A stretch of DNA of 59,987 bases, taken from contig NW_021834544.1 of the NCBI RefSeq assembly GCF_006345805.1, positions 1-59,987 of the forward strand, given 5' to 3'. Shown one piece after another: positions 1 to 12,611 of the stretch. Made by a program: the position numbers and the translations under genes. Under the pieces are notes generated by a model, which was given only the letters and a program-made list of their open reading frames with translations, was not told where the DNA came from and ran no database searches. Source of the DNA: Octopus sinensis (Eukaryota). Position 1 is the stretch's first letter. The number at the start of each line of letters is the position of its first letter.

Positions 1-1489
1 ATATGTTATATATATGTATATGTATATATATGTATATATATATGTATATATATATTATGTATATATTGATATATTGTATATATATATATGTATATGTATA
101 TATATATGTATATGAATATATGTATATGTATATATATTTATACATCAATCTGTTTATTTAGGCATCTATTTATATATGTATGTATATAGATAGATAGATA
201 GATAGGTAGATAAATAGATAGATACTACATATATGTACATATGTGGGTGGGTGTGTGTGTGTGTGTGTATGTGTGTATGCTTGTATATATACATGTGCAC
301 ATGTACTCACACAAACACACACATACATACATAGACACACACATATCATTATCGTCATTCATATTCCAGGCTGGTTTGACAAGAATCTGATGGTTCCAAG
401 CACTGCATCATATTCCACAACATACTTTGGCTTGCTTTCTAACGTTGGATGTCCTTCCTGAAGCCAACCACTTTACAACATGATCTGGGTGATTTTTGTT
501 ACATGCCACCTGTACTAAATGAGGTCACCACTCCCTTGCATGACTACAAACCTTGAGAGTATTAAGGCTTTACACAAGAAGATGAAGGCTTAAGTAGTGG
601 TTCCCAACTATTTGTTACCTATAGATCCCTTTGTTCTCCATTTACCTTGGGTAGGCCCTTATAAACGTATAATGGTAGGCCCAAGCATTTGATTTACTCT
701 TTCACATTATTTTGAATTTATCCTACACTACCTTGTAGCTTTGAGATTTCAATGATGCAATTGTTTATTTCTAGAATGACATCGTTGGGTAGGTATAAGA
801 GGTTGCGTCTGGTAAGTCTTAACATAAGACAGGAAGAATATTTGTGCTTGATATGGCTGGTTTGAATACTAAAAGGTTAAAATAATCCTATTATACTTTT
901 ACTATTTGGTGTGGTTGCGTGGCAAGAAACTTGCTTCCCATCCATATGGTTCCGGGTTCAGTCCCACTGCATGGCATCTTGGGAAAGTGTCTTCTGCGAC
1001 CAAAACCTTGTGAGTGAAAACGTTGAACACAATGAGAAACGAAAACATAAAAACAAAAACATAGAAACGAACTCTTTTCCGAACAATGAAAAAAACCCAG
1101 AGAAAATGAAGGTGGAGCGTGAAGTGTTGTCTCCCAGAAGTTGTGTTGATATGTGGATGAGATAATAAGCATGTTCTGAGCGAACAGGTCTGCTCTGCAC
1201 ACGTGCCTGTAAATTGAAGGACAAGGAAGGGAAGAAAGCACTTACTGTTGTGGTCAGGGAGGCCGTGATTTTGTGCCTGGCATCATGATGGTGATGTCAT
1301 GCGCACATAACAATACAAATCTTCAGCATCTTAGGTGACGCGGGAGGCTCCTCAACGTCTCTAGGAGACGTTGCTGCAGTCGTTGCTCAAGGGATGGTGA
1401 AAGGAGCTAACTTTGACGAACGGAGCACATGATAATGACTTTCCTTTGCAAATACTGATAGGGCACAGAAAGTGTGTAAATAACTAGCT

Positions 1490-2420
1490 GGAGGAGATGT
1501 GGAAACCACCGGTTGGCAATGGTGGAGACGAATGCTTACATCGTCTCCACCGTCTGACTGTCGTGCCTCGTCCCGGTTTACGTCTGACCAGACTGGGGCG
1601 CGTACTCTTTCGCTTTCTGTGGAAGGGACGCTTTCCACTAGTTAGGTACTCGTTTTGCTTTCAATATATGCTGAATGGAGTGTTGGGTATGTCGTGGCTG
1701 CTGATGTGCAGGCATGCTCTGAGGCTATGACATCTTCAGCGATTCCTAGAGTGAGCAGGTGTGGTCGCCGTTTATCAGACAGGATTTTCTACGGCTCGTC
1801 TCTTTATCCGAGCTGCAATCCTGGATAAAGCGTAGACTGAGGCAGGGCGCCTGGCACCGAAGGTGTCGTCAGGCGCTCACAATCCTCTGTCTTTCGGGCA
1901 ATGCAGTCGGTAGATGTTCCACTTTGGCGTTCTATGGAAGGTTAGTGGCAGGCAAGTGAGATGATGTTCTCGGAAAGACTCTAGGCGTAGACGAGAATCA
2001 ACTGGTTTGTCTGTTTCGGACGACATTCGGGCCGGGGCCAAAAGATAATTTCTAGAAATCATTGGCCTAGCAGTGCTACCGGAGGGCATTGCTGGTTTGG
2101 GCTAAACTCTTCAGGTATGGAAGTGCAGTCAGCCGGGCTGACCCGAGATGCGCGTAGAGCGACGAAATTGTTTTGCACGCAGTCGTCCAGTGCCCGAGTA
2201 TTTCTGACTTGGGGGTTTATGTCAACCACCTGCTGTCACGTGTAAAACGGATCAGGATATGGGCTGAGACCATTGTGAAAATCCTTTCGCCGCCTTCGTT
2301 TAACTGGGAAGGGCAAACAGCGTTTCTTTGCCTGGTAGCCTTTGCGAAAGAGGTTGTGTGGTGGACCAATGCTAAAGACAGATACTTTCTTGAGCGAGGT
2401 ATAAACAGTAGCTGCACGAC
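1490..2420 (+). mobile_element. Tx1/L1-clade LINE ORF2 3' remnant
   Basis: LFRFLWKG...NGVLGM...HALRL post-RT motif; C-terminal (PR)CA*SDEIVLHAVVQC zinc-knuckle and AKEVVWWT. Confidence 0.7.
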
Positions 2421-2750
2421 ATCGTGAAGTATATTTGCCACTTAAATGTGGCTAACCCCGAAGGGTTTATGCTACTGTAGCTTGTAGCCCCAGGAAAACA
2501 TCTCCTCCAGCTGGCTATTGACACACTTTCTGTTCCCTATCAGTATTTGCAAAGGGAAGTCATCCTTCCCATCTCCAGCCTGACGTGATACACACGTACC
2601 CGTGTTTCTGAGTATTGACCCGTCATCAGCGTGTGACAACCACCGGTTGGCGATGGGAAGTGGTTCTCAATGCAAATATATATATACTTTTTCCAGTGAC
2701 GAAAAGTCACTGATTTCGAAATAGTGGAAACAAGCAATAATAAATCTCTG

Positions 2751-2960
2751 GGCAGAATCGTTTGCTCGCTGGACAGAATGCTTAGCAGCATTTCGCCCGT
2801 CGTTACGTTCCGAGTTCAAATTCCGTTGAGGTCGACTTTGCTTTTCATCCTTTCGAGGTCGATAAATTAAGAACAAGTTGAGTACTGGGGTCAATGGAAT
2901 CGACTTGGCCCTGGCCCCCAAAATTTCAGGCCTTGTGCCTTTAGTAGAAAGGATTATTAT
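2751..2960 (+). mobile_element. SINE family A (other copies ~21800-21997, 22895-23297 x2, 23775-23900, 24420-24515, 29005-29185, 47500-47710)
   Basis: Box-B-like gagttcaaattcc, conserved gtcgactttgcttttcatcctttcgaggtcgataaattaag core and (att)n tail. Confidence 0.8.
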
Positions 2961-3003
2961 TATTGTTATTGTAAGTGGTAATAGAAAAAGGAGGAGGCGG
3001 AAG

Positions 3004-3035
<32 letters not shown>

Positions 3036-3046
3036 TAGTGGTAGTG

Positions 3047-3104
<58 letters not shown>

Positions 3105-3468
3105 TAACAGCAGCAGAAGCAGCTGTGGTGCCAAAAAGCATCTTTCTGAAAAAGAAAAAGGAAAGCAAAAAAGTAAAAAATAAAAAAAATTTAATGCAAT
3201 TTATAAAAAAAATATAAAAAAGCCCCATGTTCTTTTTCTTCATATTATTGGTGCATGTTTAAAATTGCATCATTAATTGGACATGGCATGTGTATATGAG
3301 TTGGAAGTCTTCTTTCATCGGTGAGGATTCCAATTCGCTCATTTATTTCGACTGTCCAACGAACTTCCTTTAAAACACGATTCTTTCAAAACGTAACCAC
3401 TTCTCTCTACCCCGCCCCTCTCTCACTCACTTTGTGCATGTGGGTGTATATGTATTATAGCATATTAC

Positions 3469-3501
<33 letters not shown>

Positions 3502-3623
3502 TATACACACACATATACACACACACGCATTTTATCTTGCTGTATGCAAGTATGTGCATTTGTAAGCGTGTTTGTATGAACGTTTGATTGTATGTATGTA
3601 GTATGTATGTATAACTATATATA

Positions 3624-4262
3624 CGTGGTCTGATCAATAAGTATTTGGACTCGTTACTATGGTAACCATAGTAACGAAGGTAAAGTACGCAAAGTAAAGC
3701 TGCTTGGCGCAGAATGACCTTGAACTCTGCTGCGCATGCGCACTAATTTTTAGCGTTCTAGCTTACTTCCACTGTTTACAGCAGTGCTTGGAAGGAAGGT
3801 GTGTAGCGTGTGATCGCCACATTGAAAATGACAGAGAAAATTGAGCAGAGAATCTACATCAAATTTTGCCAAGAGCTTGGTGATACCTGGTGAGAGGCCT
3901 ACGCAAAGTTTTCAAAAAGATTTCATCGTTCTCGACACAATCAAAGAGATCTTGTGCAACTGAAACCCGGGTTTTTTTGGTCAGCTGAAAGCAGTTTTGG
4001 CACAAAGTTGTCAAACACGCGTCTCATACCCAAATCTTCAGTGATGATGGACTGAACTGAACCGTAACTAATCTGTACATCGTCTGATAACTCACGGATA
4101 GTAATTCGACGATTTCCACTCCCTGTTGCACGCACATCTGAGATGTTTTTCTTTGTTCTGCTGGTTGCGGGTCTCTCAACGTTCGTCAATATCGACATTT
4201 TTACGGCCATCTTTGAAACGTCTGAACCATTCGTACACTTGTGTGCGGCTCATACACTCCTC
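3624..4262. mobile_element. Rearranged mariner: 5' TIR and N-terminus on +, HTH region inverted on -
   Basis: + strand MTEKIEQRIYIKFCQELG from 3828; - strand EECMSRTQVYEWFRRFKDG...RRITIREL...FVPKLL from 4262 down to ~3925. Confidence 0.8.
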
Positions 4263-4427
4263 TCAGTTAATTATGATTTTATTCAACACATTCTTCTCTC
4301 AGATTCATACACTTATTGCAGCGATCCTTCAGTTTTTCGAAGCCCTGTAGAAGAAATCAGAAAGTTGGGCCTCCTACCAGGCCATTTGCGATACTCTGAA
4401 AGTCAGGAGCTTTTCAGCACACCCTCG
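4263..4427 (-). mobile_element. Mariner-derived MITE, partial (second copy at ~5896-6089)
   Basis: Shares tcagttaattatgattttattcaaca... and terminal ...gcac(a/c)ccctcgt with the 5896-6089 copy, whose minus strand encodes the mariner C-terminus RCVDLRGEYVE*. Confidence 0.7.
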
Positions 4428-4439
4428 TGTGCAAAATAT

Positions 4440-4491
<52 letters not shown>

Positions 4492-4560
4492 CAGGGCTGT
4501 TGCTAAACCAGTATAATAACAGATATTTATATATATTTGTTGTGTTGTTTTGTGTCGAAA

Positions 4561-4770
4561 ATGGCAGCGAAAGACAATGAGTTTGATATTGTGATTTTTG
4601 GAGCGAGTGGTTTCACTGGCAAATTTGTTATAGAAGAACTTAGTCGGGTTGCCAATGAACACAACATCAAATGGGCAATTGCAGGAAAAAATATGAAAAA
4701 ATTAGAAACAGTCCTGTCGGACGTTACAGATTCCACAGGCCAGGATTATTCCGACATACAGATCTTAATT
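4561..4770 (+). pseudogene. SCCPDH: 5' fragment of saccharopine dehydrogenase-like oxidoreductase (Rossmann GASGFTG motif), truncated after 70 codons
   Basis: MAAKDNEFDIVIFGASGFTGKFVIEEL...KWAIAGKNMKKLETVL...TGQDYSDIQILI matches the SCCPDH N-terminus as recalled. The frame runs into a poly-T tract with no good GT donor, and no downstream exons were recognised. Confidence 0.75.
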
Positions 4771-5012
4771 TTTTTTTTTTTATATTTATGTAATTAGATA
4801 GAGACTATTACTGACATTAGATTATCGGTGGGTTTCTAACTTTAAAAATTAAAATGAATATTTAACATTATAATCGATTTTGATATAATCATAATTATTA
4901 AGTTTTAAGTTTCTAGTTTGATAATAGAGTTTATTATAAGTAAAATTATTATATTATTTATATCTTAAAAATATTGTTTAAATATTTCTGATTATTTTTA
5001 AAATATTTCAAT

Positions 5013-5107
5013 TAACCTGAAGATTGACTGTAACCATGACTCGAATTATTAACTGAATTTGAATTATTGTTATTCGAATTGGTACAGCCATGAAACGATC
5101 GTAGTGT
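5013..5107 (+). ncRNA. Type I hammerhead ribozyme motif (Penelope-like terminus), weak stem I
   Basis: CTGAAGA 5017-5023; long imperfect stem II (tgactgtaacc/ggtacagcca, tcgaat/attcga); GAAACGATCGTA 5092-5103 with palindromic stem III and GUA triplet. Confidence 0.6.
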
Positions 5108-5159
5108 TTTACTCTTTATCTTTTATTAAACTTTTAATACTTTTCATATTTATATAAAA

Positions 5160-5557
5160 CTAGAAGTTTGGCCCGGCATTGCTCGGGTTTGTTTTCTTTT
5201 TGACCCTTTAGAATTGGAATTTTTGAAAAGTAAAAATTTTGCATTATGTAGCATGTTATTCTCTTTAAGTGAACATTTTTCTGGTTCAAATACACCGAAA
5301 AATGGCGACACAACACTAAAAAAATCGTAAAAAATAGGGATTTTCATAGAAAAGAAGCACCTTTTTGATGTAAATAATTTTTTGTCTTAACATGGTACGA
5401 TTGGAATTTTTTCTTCTACAGAAGGAAGAGCAAGCCTTCTTCTATCATACTCTCAATTTTGATCAACTTGCGCCGCAGGGTCTCGGAGGAGATAGTGTTA
5501 GTTGAAAGCTACTAAAGCCGCCACACACAGACAACTTCAGCTTTATATATAAAGAGA
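5160..5557 (-). mobile_element. Non-autonomous Helitron
   Basis: Minus strand begins TC(tc)tttatatataaag and ends with hairpin cccgagcaatgccggg followed by CTAG, at an A|T site. Confidence 0.75.
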
Positions 5558-6171
5558 TTAAAAAAAAAATTAATTAATTAATAAACAAAATAATATATAA
5601 ATATAAAAATATACATATATATATATTTTTTAATTAATTTTATGTATTGGCTTATGTTTTTCACTGTTTGATTTGCCTAATAGTGGTTTTATCTCTAATT
5701 TAATATAATATAATATTTTACTATAAAATTGGATTTAATCCTAAATCTAATTTTTCCCTGTAAGTTTGGATTTATTCCCTAATATTATTATATTATATAT
5801 ATGTCTTTATTTTTTACATAATACTTATTCACTGATCTCGGTTGTGTTTATGGCTGGGGATATTGGCCGAATGTATATGTGTGTGTGTGTGTTTGGTAAG
5901 TGCTGATAAATTCTTGGCTTTTGGTAAGAGAAATTAGGTAAAAGGATCAGTTAATTATGATTTTATTCAACATATTCCCCTCTCAGATCCACACACCTAT
6001 TGCAGGGGGCCTTCTGGTTTTCCGAGAACTCAGAATGTTGTGCCGCCAATTAGGCCCTTCACGATACCCTTAAAACCAGCACCCCCTCGTATGTATGTAT
6101 GTATGTATGTATGTATGTATGTATGTATGTATGTATGTATGTGTGTGTGTAGGTATGTATGTATGTATGTA

Positions 6172-6202
<31 letters not shown>

Positions 6203-6644
6203 ATGTGTGTATGTATGTATGTATGTATGTGTGTGTGTTTGTGTGTGCTTACATCTGTGTCCTCTACCACTGCTTGACAGCCGGTGTGGGTATGTTTACG
6301 TCCCTGTAACGTAGCGGTTCGACAAAATTAACAGAAAGAATAAATAGCATGATAAAAAATAAAGATAAAGGTATCGATTCGTTCGACTAAAATTCCTCAA
6401 GGTAGTGCTACAGTATGGCCGCAATCAAACGACTGAAGCAAAAATAAAAAATAATCGACAAAAGACAAAATATGACACACACACGCACAAGCACACACAC
6501 GTGCGCACGCACACATACACACGTGCACGTGCACACACATACACACGTTCACGTACACATACACGCGCGTACACACCTCTTTCACACACACTCTCGCACA
6601 CACACGCACACACACACACGTGCACGCGCACACTCACAGGCACT

Positions 6645-6676
<32 letters not shown>

Positions 6677-7357
6677 CACACACACATGCACACACACACA
6701 AGGTCTCTCACACACGTGCTGGAACATGTCTGCAAACACGTGTCTCGTGCAATGTGCGAATACGTGTAATCTTTTTGTTTTCAGTTGTATTATTACGTAA
6801 TTATACAGTTAAGCAACAGTAATTTCTTTTTCCGTCTCACATGGTGCGCCAAAAATACAAAAATAACAAATAAATAACAAGCAAAAACAACAAAAAAAAC
6901 AAACCAAAAGAGTGGAATCGTTTGAAGAATTGACACTAATCTGTCGAAGAGAATTAAAGAAGAATTCTGTGAAGACAAAAACGAAATGTCCATCATAAAG
7001 GAAACGACAACGAGATGTTGAATAGAATCTTAGGAATAATTTCCATAAATATTACGAGATAAAATGAAGGAAAACATGTATAGCAAGAATTTATAGGAGA
7101 TCTGTGGTAATCTTTTAGCAATTCTTTTGTTGTTCTGCAACGTCACACGGCTCCTGATGCCAGAATGTCTTGGACGCTTGCAGGCAAACAAGTTTTAACT
7201 GCTTCGACTGCCAGACGCACGGCGCATGCACACACGCTCGCACGACAAGCACGCACACGCATTCATAGAGTCACAGGTGTGGATGCATGTGCGCGCGCGC
7301 GTGTGTGTATGAATATATATATATATATACACATATATATATACATATACATATATG

Positions 7358-7389
<32 letters not shown>

Positions 7390-7584
7390 TATATATATAC
7401 ATATACATATATGTATATATATGTATATATATATATACATATATACATATACATATATGATATATATATGTATATATATATATATACATATATACATATA
7501 CATATAGTATATATATATATACATATATACATATACATATATATTATATATATATATATATATAAAATAAATAATATATAAATA

Positions 7585-7848
7585 AATAAATATAAGAGAG
7601 GGTCACTATATGCTCACTCTAGCACCAGTAATCCAAAAGTTTCAACACGAAAATACATGTTTCCATGAAAGCCATACGACTGTTAGCTACACGGACAGGG
7701 CAAATAAAAATTTTTGTTATTTTTACTTGCCCTGTCCGTGTGAGCTAACAGTCGTACTGGCTTTCATGGGAAACATTTTTTGTGGTTAAACCTTTTGGAT
7801 TACTGGTGCTAGATGAGCAATATGTGACCACTCTCTTATATTTATTTG
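7585..7848. repeat. Foldback palindrome (~125-bp arms)
   Basis: Arms centred near 7715 are reverse complements apart from single-base indels. Confidence 0.8.
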
Positions 7849-7998
7849 TAAAAATATTATAATGTTAAAAATATTATAATATAGGTTTCTCGTAGCACAT
7901 AGGATGGTGTGAATAAATATACTATTAAATTAGTATCTAATTCTCTCACCCTTATTATTAATTTTATATATATTATATACACATATATATACATTACA

Positions 7999-8042
<44 letters not shown>

Positions 8043-8536
8043 TGTACACATACGTATATCTAACTGTATGTATAATTTGTATGTATGTATATGTGAATGT
8101 ATATATGTGTGTATGTATGTATGCATGTATGTATGTATGTATGTATGTATGTATGTATGTATGTATGTATGTATGTATGTATGTATGTATGTATGTATGT
8201 ATGTATGTATGTATGTATGTATGTATAAATTTACACACTGAAGTACATGTGCGCTTGTGTGTGTATGTTGTCTATCGTACATGCACACGATGCACAAGTA
8301 TTTAACGAACGTCTCCGCCTGTGTAATTCCCTTTGAATTTATGCATAAGAAAACATTTGCCATTTTTTCCAACGCCACCCCACAACACGTCTTGTGTACA
8401 TGTTCATTTGTAAGCATTCTTACTAACTTACATGTAATATTTCTTTGTCTCACCCTCCCCTCCTCTCTTTCTTGATGTATATATATACATACACATATAT
8501 ATATATACATATTTTTTAAATATATATATATATATA

Positions 8537-8921
8537 CTAGCAGTATCGCCCGGCGTTGCTCGGGTTTGTAAGGGAAATAACTATATAAGCATTTTTAGAG
8601 ATGTAAAGTATAATAGCCATCTCAATATGGCTAACCACAAAGGGGGGGGGGTGTTACTGTAGCTTTTTACGTTCTGAGATTTAATAATAAATTTTTCGAG
8701 AGTTACTTCCCTTATATATGCCAAAAATGGGAAAAAATGATGGTAAATTTTTTTCTAAATCGTAGACTCATCGTAGACGCGCGCTAATACCCAGAAGGGC
8801 TCGATATGAATCACGACTATAAGATGCCCGGTTTTGGTTAAACTGCACCGCAAAATGTGGGAGTAGTTAGGAATCTAAATCGTAGGAGACAGACACACAA
8901 CTTCACTTTTATATATAAAGA
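8537..8921 (-). mobile_element. Non-autonomous Helitron (family shared with 58072-58468)
   Basis: 5' TCtttatatataaaagtgaagttgtgtgtctgtctcc; 3' hairpin cccgagcaacgccggg then CTAG|T. Confidence 0.85.
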
Positions 8922-10389
8922 TTTGTGCAACAACTCAAACATTCGGTTGTGCAAATTGTTTGCACAGGAAACCTGCCCTGTGTGGCGGTTTTTGTGGATC
9001 TGTTTCAGCTTTTTTAGCGATTTCTGTTTTAGCGACTTCAAGCCATGAAGTCGTTGTTCTAAAAGAACGCTGGTCTCCTTGACAACGCTTTACGACGTTG
9101 ATTTCCCTACCCTGCCTTCCCTACAGCTTCACGAGGGAGGGAAGAAGGGGAGGAGCTACACAGGTGCAGGTGCGAGCATGAACGCCAACGCCGCCACCGA
9201 CACACGAAAAAATTGGAAGAACCCAGACGACAGCTTCAGCCACCACCACCACCATCATTACCACCATGACCACCACCACCACTACGCCCATGACCATCAC
9301 CACCACCATCACGAAGACCACCACGACCACCACCACCATCATCACCACCACCACCACCACCACCATCATTACCCCCACCACCACGACCACCACTACCACC
9401 ACCAACAACAACACCACCACCACCACCACCACCACAAACACGACGACCACCATCACGAAGACCACCACGACGACGACCACCACCACCATCACACCACCAC
9501 CACCACCACACCACCACCACCACCACCACCACCACCATCACCACCCCCACCACCACGACGACGACGACGACGACGACGACCACCACCACCACCACCACCA
9601 CCACCATCACCACCCCCACCACCACGACGACCACCACCACCAACAACAACACCACCACCACCACCACCACCACAAACACGACGACCACCACGACCACCAC
9701 CACAATCACCACTACCAGCACCACCGCCACCACCGCTGCCACTACCACCGCCTCCACCACCACCATAATATGCCTCTGCTCTCTCCTTTTGGCTACTAAA
9801 TCCATTACCATATTTCACAAGTACCATCGCCATACAAAATTGCCTTCAAAAGTTTGTGTTTGGATATTTTTTAAGTAAAAGTTGTGCAACAACTAAAACA
9901 TTCGGTTGTGCAACTTATTTGCACGGGAAACCTTCCCTGTGTGGCGTGTTTCCCGATTTTGTAGAATTTGCTTTCGGGCTTTCTTAGCCATTTCTGTTTT
10001 GGTGTCTTCAAGCCATGAAGTCGTTGTTCTAAAAGAACGCTGGTCTCCTTGACAACGCTTTACGACGTTGATTTCCTTACACTCCCTTCCCCACAGCTTC
10101 ACGAGGGAGGGAAGAAGGGGGAGAAGCAACACAGGTGCAGGTGTGACCATGGACACCAACTCAGCCGCCAATTAAAAAAATATGCGTTAAAATGGAAAAA
10201 AATGGTGTTAAATTATTTTTTAAATCGTAGACTCATCGTAGACGTGCGCTAATACCCAGACGGGCTCGATATGAATCACCACTATAAGATACCCGAATTT
10301 GGTAAAACTGCACCGCAAAAGTGGGAGTAGTTAGGAATCTAAGTCATAGGAGACAGACACTCACACAACTTCACTTATATATATATAGA
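8922..10389 (-). mobile_element. Second Helitron 5' end plus internal sequence with a ~290-bp direct duplication flanking a (CAC)n-rich tract
   Basis: 10190-10389 repeats the 5' terminal region of the 8537 element; ~8923-9215 is repeated at ~9882-10175. Confidence 0.7.
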
Positions 10390-10745
10390 TATATATTTAT
10401 ATATAAAGTGATCTAACGTATTACATTTAATTTAATTCAAGAACTAATTTCGTCAGACAATATATTATTTTATTATTAGGTGGCTTATTTATTTGTTATA
10501 TTAAATTTTAAGTTAATGGTTTACTTAATCATTAACATTTTATTGTTATTTTAATTTTAATATTTTCTAGATGGTGTAATTTAATTGTTTCATTTTGAAT
10601 TGATAAAAGGTGTTTTTTTTCTAATTTTATATATACATATATACATATATATATATATATATCTATATATATATATATATATATAATATTATATATATAT
10701 ATATTTATATATATTATATAAAGAAGCAACAAGAATGGATAGGTT

Positions 10746-10833
10746 TTTAGTACGATCGTTTCATACAAGGACAGGTTTTATTAAAAGTTGCAAAGATTAC
10801 AGCATATAAACGAGTCCCGTATCATCAGCTAAA
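10746..10833 (-). ncRNA. Type I hammerhead ribozyme motif (inverted copy of 11051-11134)
   Basis: Reverse complement reads tttag-CTGATGA-tacgggac...gtccttgtat-GAAACGATCGTA-ctaaa. Confidence 0.7.
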
Positions 10834-11050
10834 ATACATGTAATTCTCTAGACATCCTAGACATCCCTCATCATATCTATGGAAATTATATGGTCACCTT
10901 CTCTGTGATGCTATCAAAACTTTTTAAAATTCTGTGATAAGACTGTACATCATCTTTAAAGAACTTTAATGACTTTAGAAATCTGTTTAATAATACATTA
11001 CTTCATGAGTATAGCCTCAAACACTAGGATGTCTAGAGAACTTACATGTA

Positions 11051-11134
11051 TTTAGCTGATGATACGGGACTCGTTATATGCTGTATCTTTGCAACTTTTA
11101 ATAAAACTGTCCTGTATGAAACGATCGTACTAAA
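11051..11134 (+). ncRNA. Type I hammerhead ribozyme motif
   Basis: Stem I tttag/ctaaa; CTGATGA 11056-11062; stem II tacgggac/gtcctgta; GAAACGATCGTA 11118-11129. Confidence 0.8.
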
Positions 11135-11277
11135 ACCTATCCATTCTTGTTGCTTCTTTTCGCTTATAATCACCCACATTACTGTATTGTTAAATCAGTA
11201 TAGTTTTTTTTTGGTGCATCTAAGTTAGGTACCATATTCAAGTAAATTTTTAAAATAACTGATCTTTATTGCTCTTT

Positions 11278-11312
<35 letters not shown>

Positions 11313-11314
<2 letters not shown>

Positions 11315-11646
11315 GGCTCAGTGGTTAGAGCGTCGAGCTTACGATCGTGAGGTTGTGAGCTCGAATCCCGGACCGGGCTGGGTGTTGTTTTCTTGAGCAA
11401 GGCACTTTATTTCACGTTGCTCCAGTTCACTCAGCTGTAGAAATGAGTTGCGACGTCACTGGTGCCAAACTGTATCGACCTTTGTCTTTCCCTTGGATAA
11501 CACTGGTGGCGTGGAGAGGGGAGGCCGGTATGCATGGGCGACTGCTGGTCTTCCATAAACAACCTTGCCCGGACTTGTGTCTAGGAGGGTAACTTTCTAG
11601 GTGCAATCCCATGGTCATTCATGACCGAAGGGAGTCTTTACCCTTT
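11313..11646 (+). mobile_element. tRNA-derived SINE family C
   Basis: Box A tggctcagtggttaga, box B gagctcgaatccc, body cttgagcaaggcactttatttcacgttgctccag. Confidence 0.8.
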
Positions 11647-11654
11647 ATATATAT

Positions 11655-11737
<83 letters not shown>

Positions 11738-11805
11738 TATATATGTATGTATAAATATATATATGTATATATATATATATGTATATGTATATATATATAT
11801 GTATG

Positions 11806-11841
<36 letters not shown>

Positions 11842-12321
11842 TATAATATATATGTATATATAATGTATATGTATATATATATGTATATATATATTATGTT
11901 GTATGTATATATATGTATATATATATGTATATATGTATATATATATGTATGTGTATATATATATGTGTGTGTATATATATATATGTATATGTATATATAT
12001 ATGTATATATATATATGTAATATATATATGTAATGATATAATATATATATATATATATATATAATATATATACACACATACATATAATTAACTCAAGTGC
12101 TAGAAATAGACCCTAAGGGTATTATTAAATTAATATCTATAATTTTATTCACCCTCTTTATTGAATGTATTGATTTGATATGCTGCAGTAATTATTACAT
12201 GCGGTATTCACTTCCACTTAGCATTTACTTTCGGCGGGAAGTTTGTAACTACAACCCGAATGTAATTCATCGGACCATAGGAGAATCGTCGCTTGTAAGG
12301 GTCTGATCAATTATATTGACA

Positions 12322-12400
12322 AATGTTGCTGACGAATCATAGACAATTATGTAAGTATAATCTGCATATTTTGTTAATGACGAAACAATTGTACAACATT
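12322..12400 (+). ncRNA. Type I hammerhead ribozyme motif
   Basis: 7-bp stem I aatgttg/caacatt; CTGACGA 12329-12335; long imperfect stem II; GAAACAATTGTA 12382-12393 (palindrome ACAATTGT, GUA triplet). Confidence 0.8.
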
Positions 12401-12611
12401 AATCCATTATTTAGTTGTAATTTAATTTCATAGTGTTGACTGTGGTGCTATTTCTATGTGGAATTATCGTCGGCGACTTTTACCGGTGGGTCTATTTCTA
12501 GCACTTGAGTTAACATATTCAAAGTTGGCTCTCTAATATTTACGGATAAATATGAATTTGCATCCCCGGTTTTTTTGTGCTAGGTCGCTTGGTGTTAAAA
12601 TAAGGGTATTA

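Larger units (their letters stand above)
10721..11160. repeat. Inverted-repeat module (~140-bp arms) carrying two hammerhead copies; Penelope-like terminal repeat
   Basis: 10721-10860 is the near reverse complement of ~11024-11160. Confidence 0.75.

Noticed and set aside
4780-5135. AT-rich segment resembling a mitochondrial rRNA insertion
   Set aside because: No diagnostic rRNA motif; better explained as a hammerhead-bearing terminus
9079-9833. His/Pro/Thr-rich ORFs resembling extensin or histidine-rich proteins
   Set aside because: (CAC)n low complexity, open in most frames, inside a Helitron-like repeat
11313-11380. tRNA-like sequences here and at ~45875 and ~50090
   Set aside because: They are SINE heads continuing into repeat bodies, two with TSDs
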